From an uncultured Campylobacterales bacterium (GTDB lineage: Bacteria; Campylobacterota; Campylobacteria; Campylobacterales; QNZT01), in assembly GCA_964443745.1 (NCBI GenBank), contig CAYUEN010000006.1:1114-65113 (forward strand): DNA of 64,000 bases, read 5' to 3'. Every line of letters begins with the position of its first letter. Position 1 is the stretch's first letter. Below the pieces are notes generated by a model. That model had not been told where the DNA came from and searched no databases. It saw only the letters and a program-made list of their open reading frames with translations. This document shows positions 39,130 to 48,973 of the stretch, piece after piece. The position numbers were made by a program, and so were the translations under genes.

Positions 39130-40281
39130 TTACTTACTCTCTTTCAAATAGTTTACGATCCGTTCACAGGCTCTACCGTCCCCGTAGGGATTGTGCGCTT
39201 TCGCCATACGCTCATACGCTTCGCTGTCACGCAACAATCTGCGACACTCCCGAATGATCGCCTCCTTATCCGTACCCACGAGGCGGACCGTACCGGCTTC
39301 CACCGCTTCGGGTCTTTCCGTCGTATCCCTCATGACAAGTACCGGTTTGCCCAGACTCGGCGCCTCTTCCTGAATCCCACCGCTGTCTGTGAGGATGAAG
39401 TGAGCACGGTTCATAAGAAACACGAACGGCTCGTAATCGAGCGGGTCGATCAAATAGACGTTCGTTACGTCCGAGAGAATCTCTTTGACCGGCTTTTGGA
39501 CATTGGGGTTCAGATGGACCGGATAGACGATATCGATGTCGGGATTTTCGCTGGCAAGCTTTTTCAACGCTTCGCAGATATTCAAAAATCCCTGGCCGAA
39601 ATTCTCGCGTCTGTGTCCGGTTACGAGAATCATTTTCCGATCATTCCGCAATCTATATCCCTCTTTTTCGATCAACCGCTCCAGCGCTTCTTCGAGCCTG
39701 GAGTCGGATTCTATTCTCTTGACGACACTGAGCAAAGCGTCTATCACCGTATTGCCTGTGACGACGATATGACTACTATCGACATTTTCCGCCAAAAGAT
39801 TTAATCGACTCCGCTCGGTGGGAGCGAAATGGTAGGTCGTCAAACGTCCCGTCACCTGACGGTTTCCCTCTTCCGGCCAAGGGGAGTAGATGTTGTGCGT
39901 ACGTAGGCCCGCCTCCACATGTCCGACCGCGATTTTTTGGTAGTAGGAAGCGAGCGCCGTCGCCATCGTCGTGGCCGTGTCTCCATGAACGAGTACGACA
40001 TCGGGCTTCACATCCGAAAGTACCGGCCTGAGTCCAAGCAGTATGTTCGCCGTCACTTCGTACAGATCCTGTCCCGGCTTCATCACATCCAGATCGTAAT
40101 CGGGTTCGATATCGAAAAGATGCAATACTTGATCGAGCATTTGTCGATGCTGCGCCGTCACGCATACGATCGTCTCGAATCGCTCCGCCTCGTTTTGAAA
40201 CGCCTTGACCAGCGGGGCCATCTTGATCGCCTCCGGACGGGTGCCGAAGACCAGCATCACCCTTTTTCGATCCGTTTTCAT
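39130..40281 (-). CDS. wecB: UDP-N-acetylglucosamine 2-epimerase (non-hydrolysing)
   Basis: Motifs [27 protein letters not shown] and HVEAGLRT. Start at ATG 40281, overlapping the galE stop (ATGA); the track start is 40314. Confidence 0.9.
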   Translation of the reverse strand: MKTDRKRVMLVFGTRPEAIKMAPLVKAFQNEAERFETIVCVTAQHRQMLDQVLHLFDIEPDYDLDVMKPGQDLYEVTANILLGLRPVLSDVKPDVVLVHGDTATTMATALASYYQKIAVGHVEAGLRTHNIYSPWPEEGNRQVTGRLTTYHFAPTERSRLNLLAENVDSSHIVVTGNTVIDALLSVVKRIESDSRLEEALERLIEKEGYRLRNDRKMILVTGHRRENFGQGFLNICEALKKLASENPDIDIVYPVHLNPNVQKPVKEILSDVTNVYLIDPLDYEPFVFLMNRAHFILTDSGGIQEEAPSLGKPVLVMRDTTERPEAVEAGTVRLVGTDKEAIIRECRRLLRDSEAYERMAKAHNPYGDGRACERIVNYLKESK

Positions 40282-41258
40282 ATCTTTTTTTCCCATTCGA
40301 GTGCAGTTTTGCAAATCAAAGAGAGATCGTCATATTTTGGTTTCCATCCCATTTTTTCTCTGATTTTGGTGTTGTCTGAAACCAACGCGGCCGGATCCCC
40401 CTCCCGTCTGGGTGCGATCTCTACGGCAAAATCAACTCCACTTACCGCTTTCATCGTATCGAGCACCTCTTTGACGCTGAATCCATGCCCGTATCCACAG
40501 TTGAAGATATCGCTTCTTTTCTCTTTTTGCAGATAGGAAAGCGCATCAAGATGTGCGCTGGCGAGATCTTCGACATGGATATAATCCCGAATACATGTCC
40601 CGTCGGGTGTGGGATAGTCGTCTCCGAAAACGAACATTTTCTCTCTTTTTCCCAATGCGGTTTCCGCCGCCACTTTGATCAGATGGGTCGCATTTTTGGT
40701 GGATTGACCGATTTTCCCATCGACACTCGCACCTGCGACATTGAAATACCGAAGGGCGACATAGTTGAAATCTTCGTACGCTTTCGCACTGTCGCGAAGA
40801 ATCCACTCGCTCATAAGCTTGCTGGTACCATACGGGTTGATCGGTGCCGTCTGGGCCTTTTCATCGATGGGAATCTCCTCCGGACTCGGTTCGCCATAGA
40901 CCGCGGCGGTGGAAGAGAAGATGAAATTCCCAACACCGTATCGTACGCAGTTTCGAATGAGATTGGCGGTATTGGCAGTATTGTTCAGATAGTATTTCAG
41001 AGGATCGCTCACACTCTCCGGCACGATCAGACTCGCCGCAAAATGGATCACCGCATCGAAATTTCCCGCCTTGAAAACCCTCTCCACACCTTCAAAATCG
41101 CTCAGATCCAAATCGACGAATTCTCCATACAGAATCGAATCTTTAAATCCCGTGACGAGGTTGTCCAAAACGGTAATCTCATGTTCGGTACGCTCCCCCA
41201 ACTGCTTGACGACATGACTGCCGATATATCCCGCTCCGCCGGTGACCAATATACGCAT
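40278..41258 (-). CDS. galE: UDP-glucose/UDP-GlcNAc 4-epimerase (GalE/Gne family)
   Basis: [15 protein letters not shown] and the short-chain dehydrogenase catalytic YGTSK. 326 aa. Confidence 0.85.
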   Translation of the reverse strand: MRILVTGGAGYIGSHVVKQLGERTEHEITVLDNLVTGFKDSILYGEFVDLDLSDFEGVERVFKAGNFDAVIHFAASLIVPESVSDPLKYYLNNTANTANLIRNCVRYGVGNFIFSSTAAVYGEPSPEEIPIDEKAQTAPINPYGTSKLMSEWILRDSAKAYEDFNYVALRYFNVAGASVDGKIGQSTKNATHLIKVAAETALGKREKMFVFGDDYPTPDGTCIRDYIHVEDLASAHLDALSYLQKEKRSDIFNCGYGHGFSVKEVLDTMKAVSGVDFAVEIAPRREGDPAALVSDNTKIREKMGWKPKYDDLSLICKTALEWEKKI

Positions 41259-42422
41259 TTACCTCTCCTCCAATACTGTTTGTATAATTTTGAAATATTG
41301 TCGACTCTGTGCCTCTCTAAGAAAACTCTTTTTGATAAAAACCCTGTTTTTTTCCGATATTTTCAATTGATCCCTTTTTCGATAAAAGTGCAAAATAGCC
41401 TCTTTGAGATCTTCCACTTTATTTGGATCGATGGTCAAAACGTTTTCAAGCCCCTGTACAAATTCTCTTGCGATTCCCTTCCCTGCATAAATGAGAGGTA
41501 GTCCCGTAGAGATATATTCGTAAATTTTGGATGGAACTGCCGCTGCAAACTTTTCATCCAATTGCGTATACAACACATGGGATTGCTGATAAAAACCATA
41601 GAGTTCTTCTCTGGGGATTTTACCGAACATCTTGACGTTGTTGATTCTGTATTCTTTGAGATATTGTTTCAAAGAGATATATTTCGGCCCTTCCCCCACA
41701 ATAAAAGCACGGATATTCTCCAAATCTTTGACTGCATCTACCAATATTTGTATATTTTGTGCAATACCTACATTGCCAATATAAGTAACAGTAAAAGGGG
41801 TGTCCATACCATATGAAATTTCACACAGTTTTTCGAAGCGTTTCTCTTCAATACCATTCGTCATACGCGTTACTCGCTGACCAGGGACATTGCGTTCAAC
41901 CCACTCCTTTTCGAAATTATTCGTAACGGTCACCCAATCAAAAACGGCCAACGATCTCTTCATCAATGCCGTCAAACTCTTTTTGATAATCTTTTTGAAC
42001 TTCGAATTCTCGTCGATATACAACCAAACAAGATCCCTGATATCGACGATCCGTTTACCTTTACCAAAAAGTGCCAAGGCGGGAATGATAAACATAAAAG
42101 GGGTAGATGCGATCGTAATATCCGCTTTTACATTTTTCGCTTTTCGTACCAACCGAATGGAATATTTCAACTCATACAATGCCCGTTGAAAAAACTGTTC
42201 TCCTGTAAAATTCTTATTTTTTACAATATAGTTGACATAGTAGATCTCGATATTTTCGGAAAATTTCACTCTCTCCTGCTTTTGGGGTTTGTTTCTTTCC
42301 GTAATGACGAAAATATTGATCCGATATCTAGTTTGTAACAATTTTGCCAGAGTTAGTAGCCGGTTGGTGGCCGAAACGTTTTCTGGTAAAAAATGACTTG
42401 TGAGCAAATTGATTGTCTTCAT
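41259..42422 (-). CDS. glycosyltransferase family 4 (WbuB-like)
   Basis: C-terminal PSKIYEYISTGLPLIYAG motif. N-terminus MKTINLLTSHFLPE. Start taken at ATG 42422; the track start 42437 is GTG. Confidence 0.65.
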   Translation of the reverse strand: MKTINLLTSHFLPENVSATNRLLTLAKLLQTRYRINIFVITERNKPQKQERVKFSENIEIYYVNYIVKNKNFTGEQFFQRALYELKYSIRLVRKAKNVKADITIASTPFMFIIPALALFGKGKRIVDIRDLVWLYIDENSKFKKIIKKSLTALMKRSLAVFDWVTVTNNFEKEWVERNVPGQRVTRMTNGIEEKRFEKLCEISYGMDTPFTVTYIGNVGIAQNIQILVDAVKDLENIRAFIVGEGPKYISLKQYLKEYRINNVKMFGKIPREELYGFYQQSHVLYTQLDEKFAAAVPSKIYEYISTGLPLIYAGKGIAREFVQGLENVLTIDPNKVEDLKEAILHFYRKRDQLKISEKNRVFIKKSFLREAQSRQYFKIIQTVLEER

Positions 42423-42732
42423 AAAAACTAACTGCACTCCATACGGATTTTTAAATAAAAAATAATTTTACCCAAAATGGCTTTGTTACTCATTCTAAAT
42501 CGGCAGCAGAAAAAATAGTTTAAACCATTGACGTGATAAAATTACCAATTTTCTTTCAATTTAATCATTTAGTTCGATATCAAACCTACCTTTCTTAATT
42601 TGTCTTGAAACAAAATATTGTTTTTGGCATATCTTTTCTATAACAACACTCCCTCCTGTATACATTCAGAAAAAGAGGAAATATCCGATCTAGTAACAGA
42701 CTATCACAATAATATAAAGGATACCCGACTCT

Positions 42733-43866
42733 ATGTGGAATGTTCAACTTTTTAAACTCAATTATGATGAAAAGGAACCGGAAGCTGTCAAAGAAGTGGT
42801 TGAGAGTGGATGGATCACAATGGGAGAAAAAACCAAAGAATTCGAACAAAAGTTTGCTAATTTGTTAGGAAACGAAGCAAAATGTACCGCGGTATCCAGT
42901 GCCACAGCCGCTTTGCATATGTCGCTTTTAGCACTCGATCTCAAAGAGGGAGATGAGGTCATCATTCCGGCGCTCACTTTTGTCGCGGATATCAATGTAG
43001 TCCGTATTGTAGGAGCCACCCCCGTGCTGGCGGATTGTGAAAGTTTTGAAAACTGGAACGTTTCAGCCGCCACTATCGAAGCGGTTATGACACCGAAAAC
43101 CAAAGCCGTCATCATCGTCCATTTTGCAGGTTATCCTTGCGATATGGAAGAGATAGTCTCACTTTGTAAAGAGAGAAACGTCGCACTCATCGAAGATTGC
43201 GCCCACGCTCCCGGCGCACGCTACAAAGGACAAAGTTGCGGCACATTCGGTGACTTTGGCTGTTTCAGTTTTTTCACCAACAAAAATCTTTCTGTCGGAG
43301 AAGGCGGAATGTTGACAACGACCGATGAGTCTAATGACCAGATAGCACGTTACTTAAGAAGTCATGGTATGACGGCCCTGACACTCGATCGACACAAAGG
43401 ACGTGCTATTACATACGATGTCGCTCGTTCCGGACTCAATTATCGCATTGATGAAATGCGTTCGGCTCTTGGTTTGGTACAGTTAGAAAAACTTGTAAGA
43501 GCCAATTATCAACGTAAACTTTTGACAGAATATTATATTCGCCTACTCGAAAATGTCCCTCAGATACAAATACCTTTTACAACATTGCAATCGGTAGAAC
43601 CAGTCTATCATATATTCCCGATTTTGCTTGATAAATCCATCGATCGTATCGAAATCATCGAACATCTCAAAAAAGAGGGTATTCAATCATCTATCCACTA
43701 TCCCGCTTTCAGAGAGTTTACGGCATTTAAAGAAATCGGACTCAATCCGGCTCCGATCGCCGAAGAGATCGCCAAAAGGGAACTCACATTGCCACTTTAT
43801 CCTACAATGAGATTGGAAATGGTCGATATAGTTGTAAATAGTTTGAAAAAGGCGATAACGTTATGA
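42733..43866 (+). CDS. DegT/DnrJ/EryC1/StrS-family sugar aminotransferase (PglE/WbgX-like)
   Basis: Motifs SSATAALHMSLLAL and FSFFTNKNLSVGEGGML (PLP Lys region). 377 aa. Confidence 0.9.
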   Translation: MWNVQLFKLNYDEKEPEAVKEVVESGWITMGEKTKEFEQKFANLLGNEAKCTAVSSATAALHMSLLALDLKEGDEVIIPALTFVADINVVRIVGATPVLADCESFENWNVSAATIEAVMTPKTKAVIIVHFAGYPCDMEEIVSLCKERNVALIEDCAHAPGARYKGQSCGTFGDFGCFSFFTNKNLSVGEGGMLTTTDESNDQIARYLRSHGMTALTLDRHKGRAITYDVARSGLNYRIDEMRSALGLVQLEKLVRANYQRKLLTEYYIRLLENVPQIQIPFTTLQSVEPVYHIFPILLDKSIDRIEIIEHLKKEGIQSSIHYPAFREFTAFKEIGLNPAPIAEEIAKRELTLPLYPTMRLEMVDIVVNSLKKAITL

Positions 43867-45047
43867 TATTGGAACTGATTGGAAGGGACTCCGAACTTTT
43901 CGAAGAAGATATTCAGAAATTCGGAAAAGAGTTGAATGAAATCGTCTCAAACAGCTCTTTTTTGGTCATAGGAGGAGCCGGATCGATCGGCCAGGCAGTT
44001 ACCAAAGAGATTTTCAGACGCCATCCCAAAAAATTGCATGTCGTGGACATCAGCGAAAACAATATGGTAGAACTTGTGCGAGATATTCGCAGCTCCTTAG
44101 GATATATCGAGGGAGACTTTCGGACTTTCGCTCTGGACATTGGATCTATAGAATACGACGCTTTTATTGAGGCAGATGGGAAATATGACTATGTTTTGAA
44201 TCTTTCCGCGCTCAAACATGTCCGTAGCGAAAAAGATCCCTACACTTTAATGAGAATGATAGAGGTCAATATCGAAAATACTGAAAAAACGCTCCTACAA
44301 TCGATTGAAAAAGGAACAAACAAATATTTTTGCGTCTCCACCGACAAGGCAGCAAACCCCGTCAATATGATGGGGGCGAGTAAACGGATAATGGAGATGT
44401 TTCTGATGAGACGCAGTCTACAGATTCCCGTCTCTACCGCGAGGTTCGCCAATGTCGCCTTTTCTGACGGATCATTATTACACGGATTCAATCAAAGAAT
44501 CCAAAAACGTCAACCACTTTCGGCTCCCAATGACATTAAACGATACTTTGTTACACCTAAAGAGTCCGGAGAACTCTGTTTGATGTCGTGTCTTTTAGGA
44601 GAAAACAGAGATATCTTTTTCCCAAAATTGAGTGAAAAACTACATCTGATAACGTTTGCGGAAATCGCTGTCAAATATTTGCATCATATTGGATACGAGC
44701 CTTTTATCTGTAAAAGCGAAGAAGAAGCTAGAGCACTGGTAAAAACACTTCCCGATAAGGGGAAATGGCCATGCTATTTTTTTGCTAGCGACACAACGGG
44801 AGAAAAGGATTTCGAAGAGTTTTTCACGGAAAAAGAGATACTCGATATGGATCGTTTCAAAAATATCGGGGTCATCAAAAACGAACCTATCTTTGACGAA
44901 ACCAAACTGATCCATTTTGAAAAGACAATAGAAAAACTCAAAAAGAGAAAGAGGTGGAGTAAAAAGGATCTGGTCGAACTTTTTTTCTATATGATTCCAG
45001 ATTTCACCCATAAAGAGACGGGTAAATATTTAGATAACAGGATGTAA
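43863..45047 (+). CDS. nucleotide-sugar 4,6-dehydratase/epimerase, CapD/PglF/WbpM family (soluble form)
   Basis: Rossmann motif LVIGGAGSIGQAV and CVSTDKAANPVNMMGASKR. No N-terminal TM domain. 4-nt overlap with the aminotransferase. Confidence 0.8.
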   Translation: MILELIGRDSELFEEDIQKFGKELNEIVSNSSFLVIGGAGSIGQAVTKEIFRRHPKKLHVVDISENNMVELVRDIRSSLGYIEGDFRTFALDIGSIEYDAFIEADGKYDYVLNLSALKHVRSEKDPYTLMRMIEVNIENTEKTLLQSIEKGTNKYFCVSTDKAANPVNMMGASKRIMEMFLMRRSLQIPVSTARFANVAFSDGSLLHGFNQRIQKRQPLSAPNDIKRYFVTPKESGELCLMSCLLGENRDIFFPKLSEKLHLITFAEIAVKYLHHIGYEPFICKSEEEARALVKTLPDKGKWPCYFFASDTTGEKDFEEFFTEKEILDMDRFKNIGVIKNEPIFDETKLIHFEKTIEKLKKRKRWSKKDLVELFFYMIPDFTHKETGKYLDNRM

Positions 45048-45049
45048 AC

Positions 45050-45787
45050 ATGACTGCACAAAGATTTTTTGATATTCTTTTTTCCGGAACTGCACTGGTG
45101 GTTCTTTCACCTTTACTGATTCCTATTATGGTGATTTTGAAGTTTACAGGAGAAGGTGAAGTCTTTTATATTCAGCAAAGGGTAGGCAAAGGAGGCAAAA
45201 AGTTTGGCTTGTTGAAATTTGCCACAATGCTCAAAGACAGTCCAAACATGGGAACCGGCACCATTACGGTAAAAGACGATCCGAGAGTTCTTCCTTTTGG
45301 AAAATTCTTGAGAAAAACAAAAATAAACGAACTTCCTCAACTAATCAATATTCTCAAGGGCGATATGAGCATTATCGGTCCAAGACCGCAGGATATGCGC
45401 TGCTTTATTGTTTTTGACAAAGAGGATCAAGAAAAGATCAAAAGTGTACGGCCAGGGCTCTCCGGTATCGGTTCTATCATTTTCAGAGACGAAGAAGCAA
45501 TACTTGGACGGGAAGAAATCAAAGACAAAGAAGCCTTTTACGACAATGTCATCTCTCCTTTCAAAGGAAAAGTGGAAAGTTGGTATGTAGACAACCAAAG
45601 CCTCTATCTCTATTTTCTTCTGATAGGATTGACAGTATTTGTCGTTCTTTTCCCAAATTATCAAGTACCCTATGACCGACTTTTCAAAGGTATCCCCAAA
45701 CCACCGGCAAAAATACGCTGGGCACGTCGCAGAAACAGTGCAAAAAAAGACAAGAAACGTAACAACAATACGGTACAGATGGCTTAA
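45050..45787 (+). CDS. monotopic phosphoglycosyl transferase (PglC/WbaP-C, Bac_transf family)
   Basis: FFDILFSGTALVVLSPLLIPIMVILKFTGEGEVFYIQQRVG, KFATM, DPRVLPFGKFLRKTKINELPQL and IIGPRPQ motifs. Confidence 0.85.
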   Translation: MTAQRFFDILFSGTALVVLSPLLIPIMVILKFTGEGEVFYIQQRVGKGGKKFGLLKFATMLKDSPNMGTGTITVKDDPRVLPFGKFLRKTKINELPQLINILKGDMSIIGPRPQDMRCFIVFDKEDQEKIKSVRPGLSGIGSIIFRDEEAILGREEIKDKEAFYDNVISPFKGKVESWYVDNQSLYLYFLLIGLTVFVVLFPNYQVPYDRLFKGIPKPPAKIRWARRRNSAKKDKKRNNNTVQMA

Positions 45788-45790
45788 GGC

Positions 45791-47773
45791 TTAAAGCCTA
45801 CAGCCTTCTATCTCCGTTTCCTGGTAAGGGCGGCCGACCATTTCGAAAACTCTCGCTTTGATATGCTTGATGGTAAAGCCGAATTTTTTGAAAAGCATTT
45901 CCGCTTTGCCGCTCGCTCCGAAACTCTCCATACCGATAACTTCGTCCGCATAACGGTACCACTCGAGCCCGCTGGCCGCCTCCACCGCCAAAACTTTGGT
46001 GTTCGGATCGATCACAGCTTGCTTGTAGCTCTCCTCTTGCTCGCCAAAAAGCTCCAAACACGGCATACTGACGATATTTGCGTTGATGCCCGCGATTTCA
46101 AGGTGACACCCCGCTTGCAAGGCAGGCATCACTTCGCTACCGGTGGCGATGATCGTCACCGTCGCGTTTTCCCTTCGCTTGATTATGTACCCGCCCCTAC
46201 TCGCATCTCCGAAATCGCTTTTGGGTTTGAGCGTCTTGAGTTTCTGGCGGCTCAAAACGAATCCACAGGGAGCGTCCAATCTCAACGCCACCTTCCAGCA
46301 GGCGACATTCTCCGTCGCATCGGCGGGTCTGAAAGTATAGAAATTGGGCAGCGCCCTGAATTGGCTCAGATGTTCGATCGGCTGGTGCGTAGGACCGTCT
46401 TCCCCCACTCCGATACTGTCATGCGTCCAGATGAAGTAATTTTTCGCCCGCATCAACGCTGCGAGTCTGACCGCCGGTTTCATATAGTCGCTAAAGACGA
46501 AAAAGGTGGCGTTGAAAGGAATGAAGAGACCATAGAGGCTGACGGCGTTGGTGATCGCGGCCATCGCATGCTCTCTGATACCAAAATGGATATTGCGGCC
46601 GTTGGGGAAATCACCCATATTTTCGAGTGTGGTTTTGTTCGACGGCGCCAGATCGGCACTTCCGCCGATGAAGCCAGGGAGCGCTCTGGCGATCGCGTTG
46701 AGAATTTTGTGGTTGCTATCACGTGTCGCGATAAGGCTGCCCGCTTCGAATCGGGGCCAGACGATCTTGGAAAAATCGGGATGTTCCAACACCTCCAACG
46801 TCGCGTTCTGCTCGGCCAAAGGCGCATCCGTCAGCAGTTTTTTCCATTTTCGCTCCGCGAGTTCGCCCTCTTCCACCGCTTTGCGAAATTCGGCAAGTAC
46901 CGCTTCCGGTACGAAAAATTTCTTCTGAGGATCGAATCCCGCACGTATTTTGGCTTTTTTGATCACCTCTTCACCCAATGGGGCTCCATGCGTATGGGGA
47001 TCTCCCTCCAGATCGCCCGCCCCTTTGGCGATAACCGTCTCCGCGATGATCAAGACCGGTTTTTGCTGCTCCTCGGAGACTTCGCACAACACCTGATCGA
47101 TCTCTTTGTAGTCGTTTCCGTCGATGCGGTAGACTTGCCACCCCTGCGCTTCGAAACGCTGTTTGACGTTTTCGCTCCAAGCGATTTGGGTATCTCCTTC
47201 GATCGTGATGTTGTTGCTATCGTAGATCATGACAAGATTGTCCAAATTCAGATGACCCGCCAACGCACACGCTTCGTAACTGATCCCCTCTTCGAGATCA
47301 CCGTCCCCACAAAGACAGTAGACTTTATGGTCTATAATCCTGGCGGTTTCGCTGTTAAGAAGTTTGGCGGCATACTTTCCGGCCATCGCGAATCCCACGG
47401 CATTGGCCACCCCCTGTCCCAGAGGCCCTGTGGTCACTTCGATACCGGGGACTTCACCATACTCCGGATGGCCCGGCGTTTTGCTGCCGATCTGCCTGAA
47501 ATTTTTAAGATCTTCCATACTCAGATCGTATCCCCACAGATAGAGCAGAGAGTAGATCATCGCACTGGCATGCCCGCCGCTGAAGACGATTCGGTCGCGA
47601 TTGATCCATTTGGGATTTTTGGGGTTGTGGGTAATATGTTTGCTCAATACCGTCACGATGTCCGCCAGCCCAAGCGGGGCTCCGGGGTGTCCGCTATTGG
47701 CCTGTTGTACCATATCCGCCGACAAAAAACGTATCGTATTTGCCATATCCGTTAACATCTGCTTGTCCAGCAT
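45791..47773 (-). CDS. tkt: transketolase
   Basis: SGHPGAPLG ThDP motif, GDGDLEEG, 660 aa. Confidence 0.95.
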   Translation of the reverse strand: MLDKQMLTDMANTIRFLSADMVQQANSGHPGAPLGLADIVTVLSKHITHNPKNPKWINRDRIVFSGGHASAMIYSLLYLWGYDLSMEDLKNFRQIGSKTPGHPEYGEVPGIEVTTGPLGQGVANAVGFAMAGKYAAKLLNSETARIIDHKVYCLCGDGDLEEGISYEACALAGHLNLDNLVMIYDSNNITIEGDTQIAWSENVKQRFEAQGWQVYRIDGNDYKEIDQVLCEVSEEQQKPVLIIAETVIAKGAGDLEGDPHTHGAPLGEEVIKKAKIRAGFDPQKKFFVPEAVLAEFRKAVEEGELAERKWKKLLTDAPLAEQNATLEVLEHPDFSKIVWPRFEAGSLIATRDSNHKILNAIARALPGFIGGSADLAPSNKTTLENMGDFPNGRNIHFGIREHAMAAITNAVSLYGLFIPFNATFFVFSDYMKPAVRLAALMRAKNYFIWTHDSIGVGEDGPTHQPIEHLSQFRALPNFYTFRPADATENVACWKVALRLDAPCGFVLSRQKLKTLKPKSDFGDASRGGYIIKRRENATVTIIATGSEVMPALQAGCHLEIAGINANIVSMPCLELFGEQEESYKQAVIDPNTKVLAVEAASGLEWYRYADEVIGMESFGASGKAEMLFKKFGFTIKHIKARVFEMVGRPYQETEIEGCRL

Positions 47774-47787
47774 CTTCTCTTTTCCTT

Positions 47788-48648
47788 TTAAAAATATCGA
47801 TCGATCAGATCCGAAAGTCTCTCCCGTAAAACCGGTTGGAGTGACGCGACCATTTTACGACTCTCCTGCAGCAATCTCTCTTTTTCCACTTTGGCGCCTT
47901 CGATACCCAGAAGATTCGTAAAAGAGTTTTTGATGCTGTCATTTCCAGTTGGTTTGCCGGCAGCTTCGGAAGTTTGTGTCGCATCAATAATATCATCTTG
48001 CACTTGAAACAAAAGACCGATTTTCAGGCCGATTTCATAGAGAAGATCGAGCTCTTTCTTCGAAAGCCCCACGATCACACCTCCCATTTTCAACGCAGCT
48101 GCGATCAGCTTGGCCGTTTTGTGCAGATGCAAAAAGGTCAACTCTTCGAGCGAAAGTTTCCTGTTTTCGAAAAAACAGTCGATCGCCTGCCCGAGCACCA
48201 TACCTTTCGTACCTCCATTTTCTGCAAGAATCTTGATCAACTTGACCTTCGTATCACTGCTGAGGGGTGCATCGGCGATCATCTCGAAACTGTGGGTATT
48301 GAGCGCATCTCCCACCAGTGTCGCGACCACTTCGTCGTAGCGTTCGTGCAGCGTGGGAACCCCCCGTCTGAGTGGAGCGTTGTCGAAAGTGGGCAAATCG
48401 TCATGGATGAGTGAATAGGTATGCAGCATCTCTATCGCCGCGGCGGGATACATCGCCGAAGGGAGCAACAAAGGCGCGTATGCATCCACCACACCAAGCA
48501 TCAAGAGAGGACGAAACCTTTTGCCACCGGCTTCGAACATCTCCCTCAATGCATTTTGATAGTGTGGATGAAAACTCTCCGCTTTTGGAAGGTGCTGTTT
48601 TAGAAAGGTTTCAAAAGCAGAAAGAAGTCTTTCGTTTTCGGTATCCAA
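47788..48648 (-). CDS. ispA: farnesyl diphosphate synthase (polyprenyl synthetase)
   Basis: Motifs GGKRFRP, LIHDDLP (first DDxxD region) and FQVQDDIID. I prefer the start at TTG 48648 (GAGGA SD just after the ybaB stop). The track start, GTG 48687, lies inside ybaB and remains possible. Confidence 0.85.
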   Translation of the reverse strand: MDTENERLLSAFETFLKQHLPKAESFHPHYQNALREMFEAGGKRFRPLLMLGVVDAYAPLLLPSAMYPAAAIEMLHTYSLIHDDLPTFDNAPLRRGVPTLHERYDEVVATLVGDALNTHSFEMIADAPLSSDTKVKLIKILAENGGTKGMVLGQAIDCFFENRKLSLEELTFLHLHKTAKLIAAALKMGGVIVGLSKKELDLLYEIGLKIGLLFQVQDDIIDATQTSEAAGKPTGNDSIKNSFTNLLGIEGAKVEKERLLQESRKMVASLQPVLRERLSDLIDRYF

Positions 48649-48658
48649 GCGATCCTCG

Positions 48659-48973
48659 CTATTTGGTGCCGAATCCGCCGAAGGCACCCAGCATATCGGC
48701 TGCCGAACGCTTGCGATCCTCTTCCACCATCTTGATCACGTCGTTGATGGCACTGATCAGCAGAATCTGCAGGGATTCCTTGTCTTCGAGCAACGAGTCG
48801 TCTATCTCCAGATCGATCAACTCTCCCAGACCGTTCATTGTCGCTTTGACCATTCCTCCACCACTCTTGGCGGTATACTCTTTCGCGGCGCTCTCCTCCT
48901 GCATCTTTTTGGCACTCTCCTGCGCCTTTTGGAGCATTTCGCCTATTTTGGAAAAATCCATGTTTTCAAACAT
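48659..48973 (-). CDS. ybaB: YbaB/EbfC nucleoid-associated protein
   Basis: [27 protein letters not shown]...[21 protein letters not shown] is the typical YbaB sequence. Start at ATG 48973; the track ORF extends into panD. Confidence 0.85.
   Translation of the reverse strand: MFENMDFSKIGEMLQKAQESAKKMQEESAAKEYTAKSGGGMVKATMNGLGELIDLEIDDSLLEDKESLQILLISAINDVIKMVEEDRKRSAADMLGAFGGFGTK

Larger units (their letters stand above)
24767..45787. other. surface polysaccharide (capsule/EPS/O-antigen-like) biosynthesis and export locus, Wzx/Wzy-dependent with Wza/Wzc
   Basis: 17 contiguous glycan genes in two divergent transcription units that meet at a 295-nt (310-nt with my GT start) AT-rich spacer (42438-42732). 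Composition is clearly lower in GC than the flanks over most of its length. Confidence 0.85.

Noticed and set aside
42595-42849. An 84-aa minus-strand ORF in and next to the divergent spacer.
   Set aside because: It overlaps the start of the well-supported aminotransferase gene, is Phe/Ile/Leu-rich as expected from AT-rich DNA, and has no SD or recognisable motif.
45863-47755. A 630-aa plus-strand ORF, the longest non-annotated ORF in the window.
   Set aside because: It is the exact antisense of transketolase, whose motifs are unambiguous. Its translation is low-complexity (R/G/F/D/H-rich) with no motif I recognise. Long stop-free antisense frames are expected with this codon bias.
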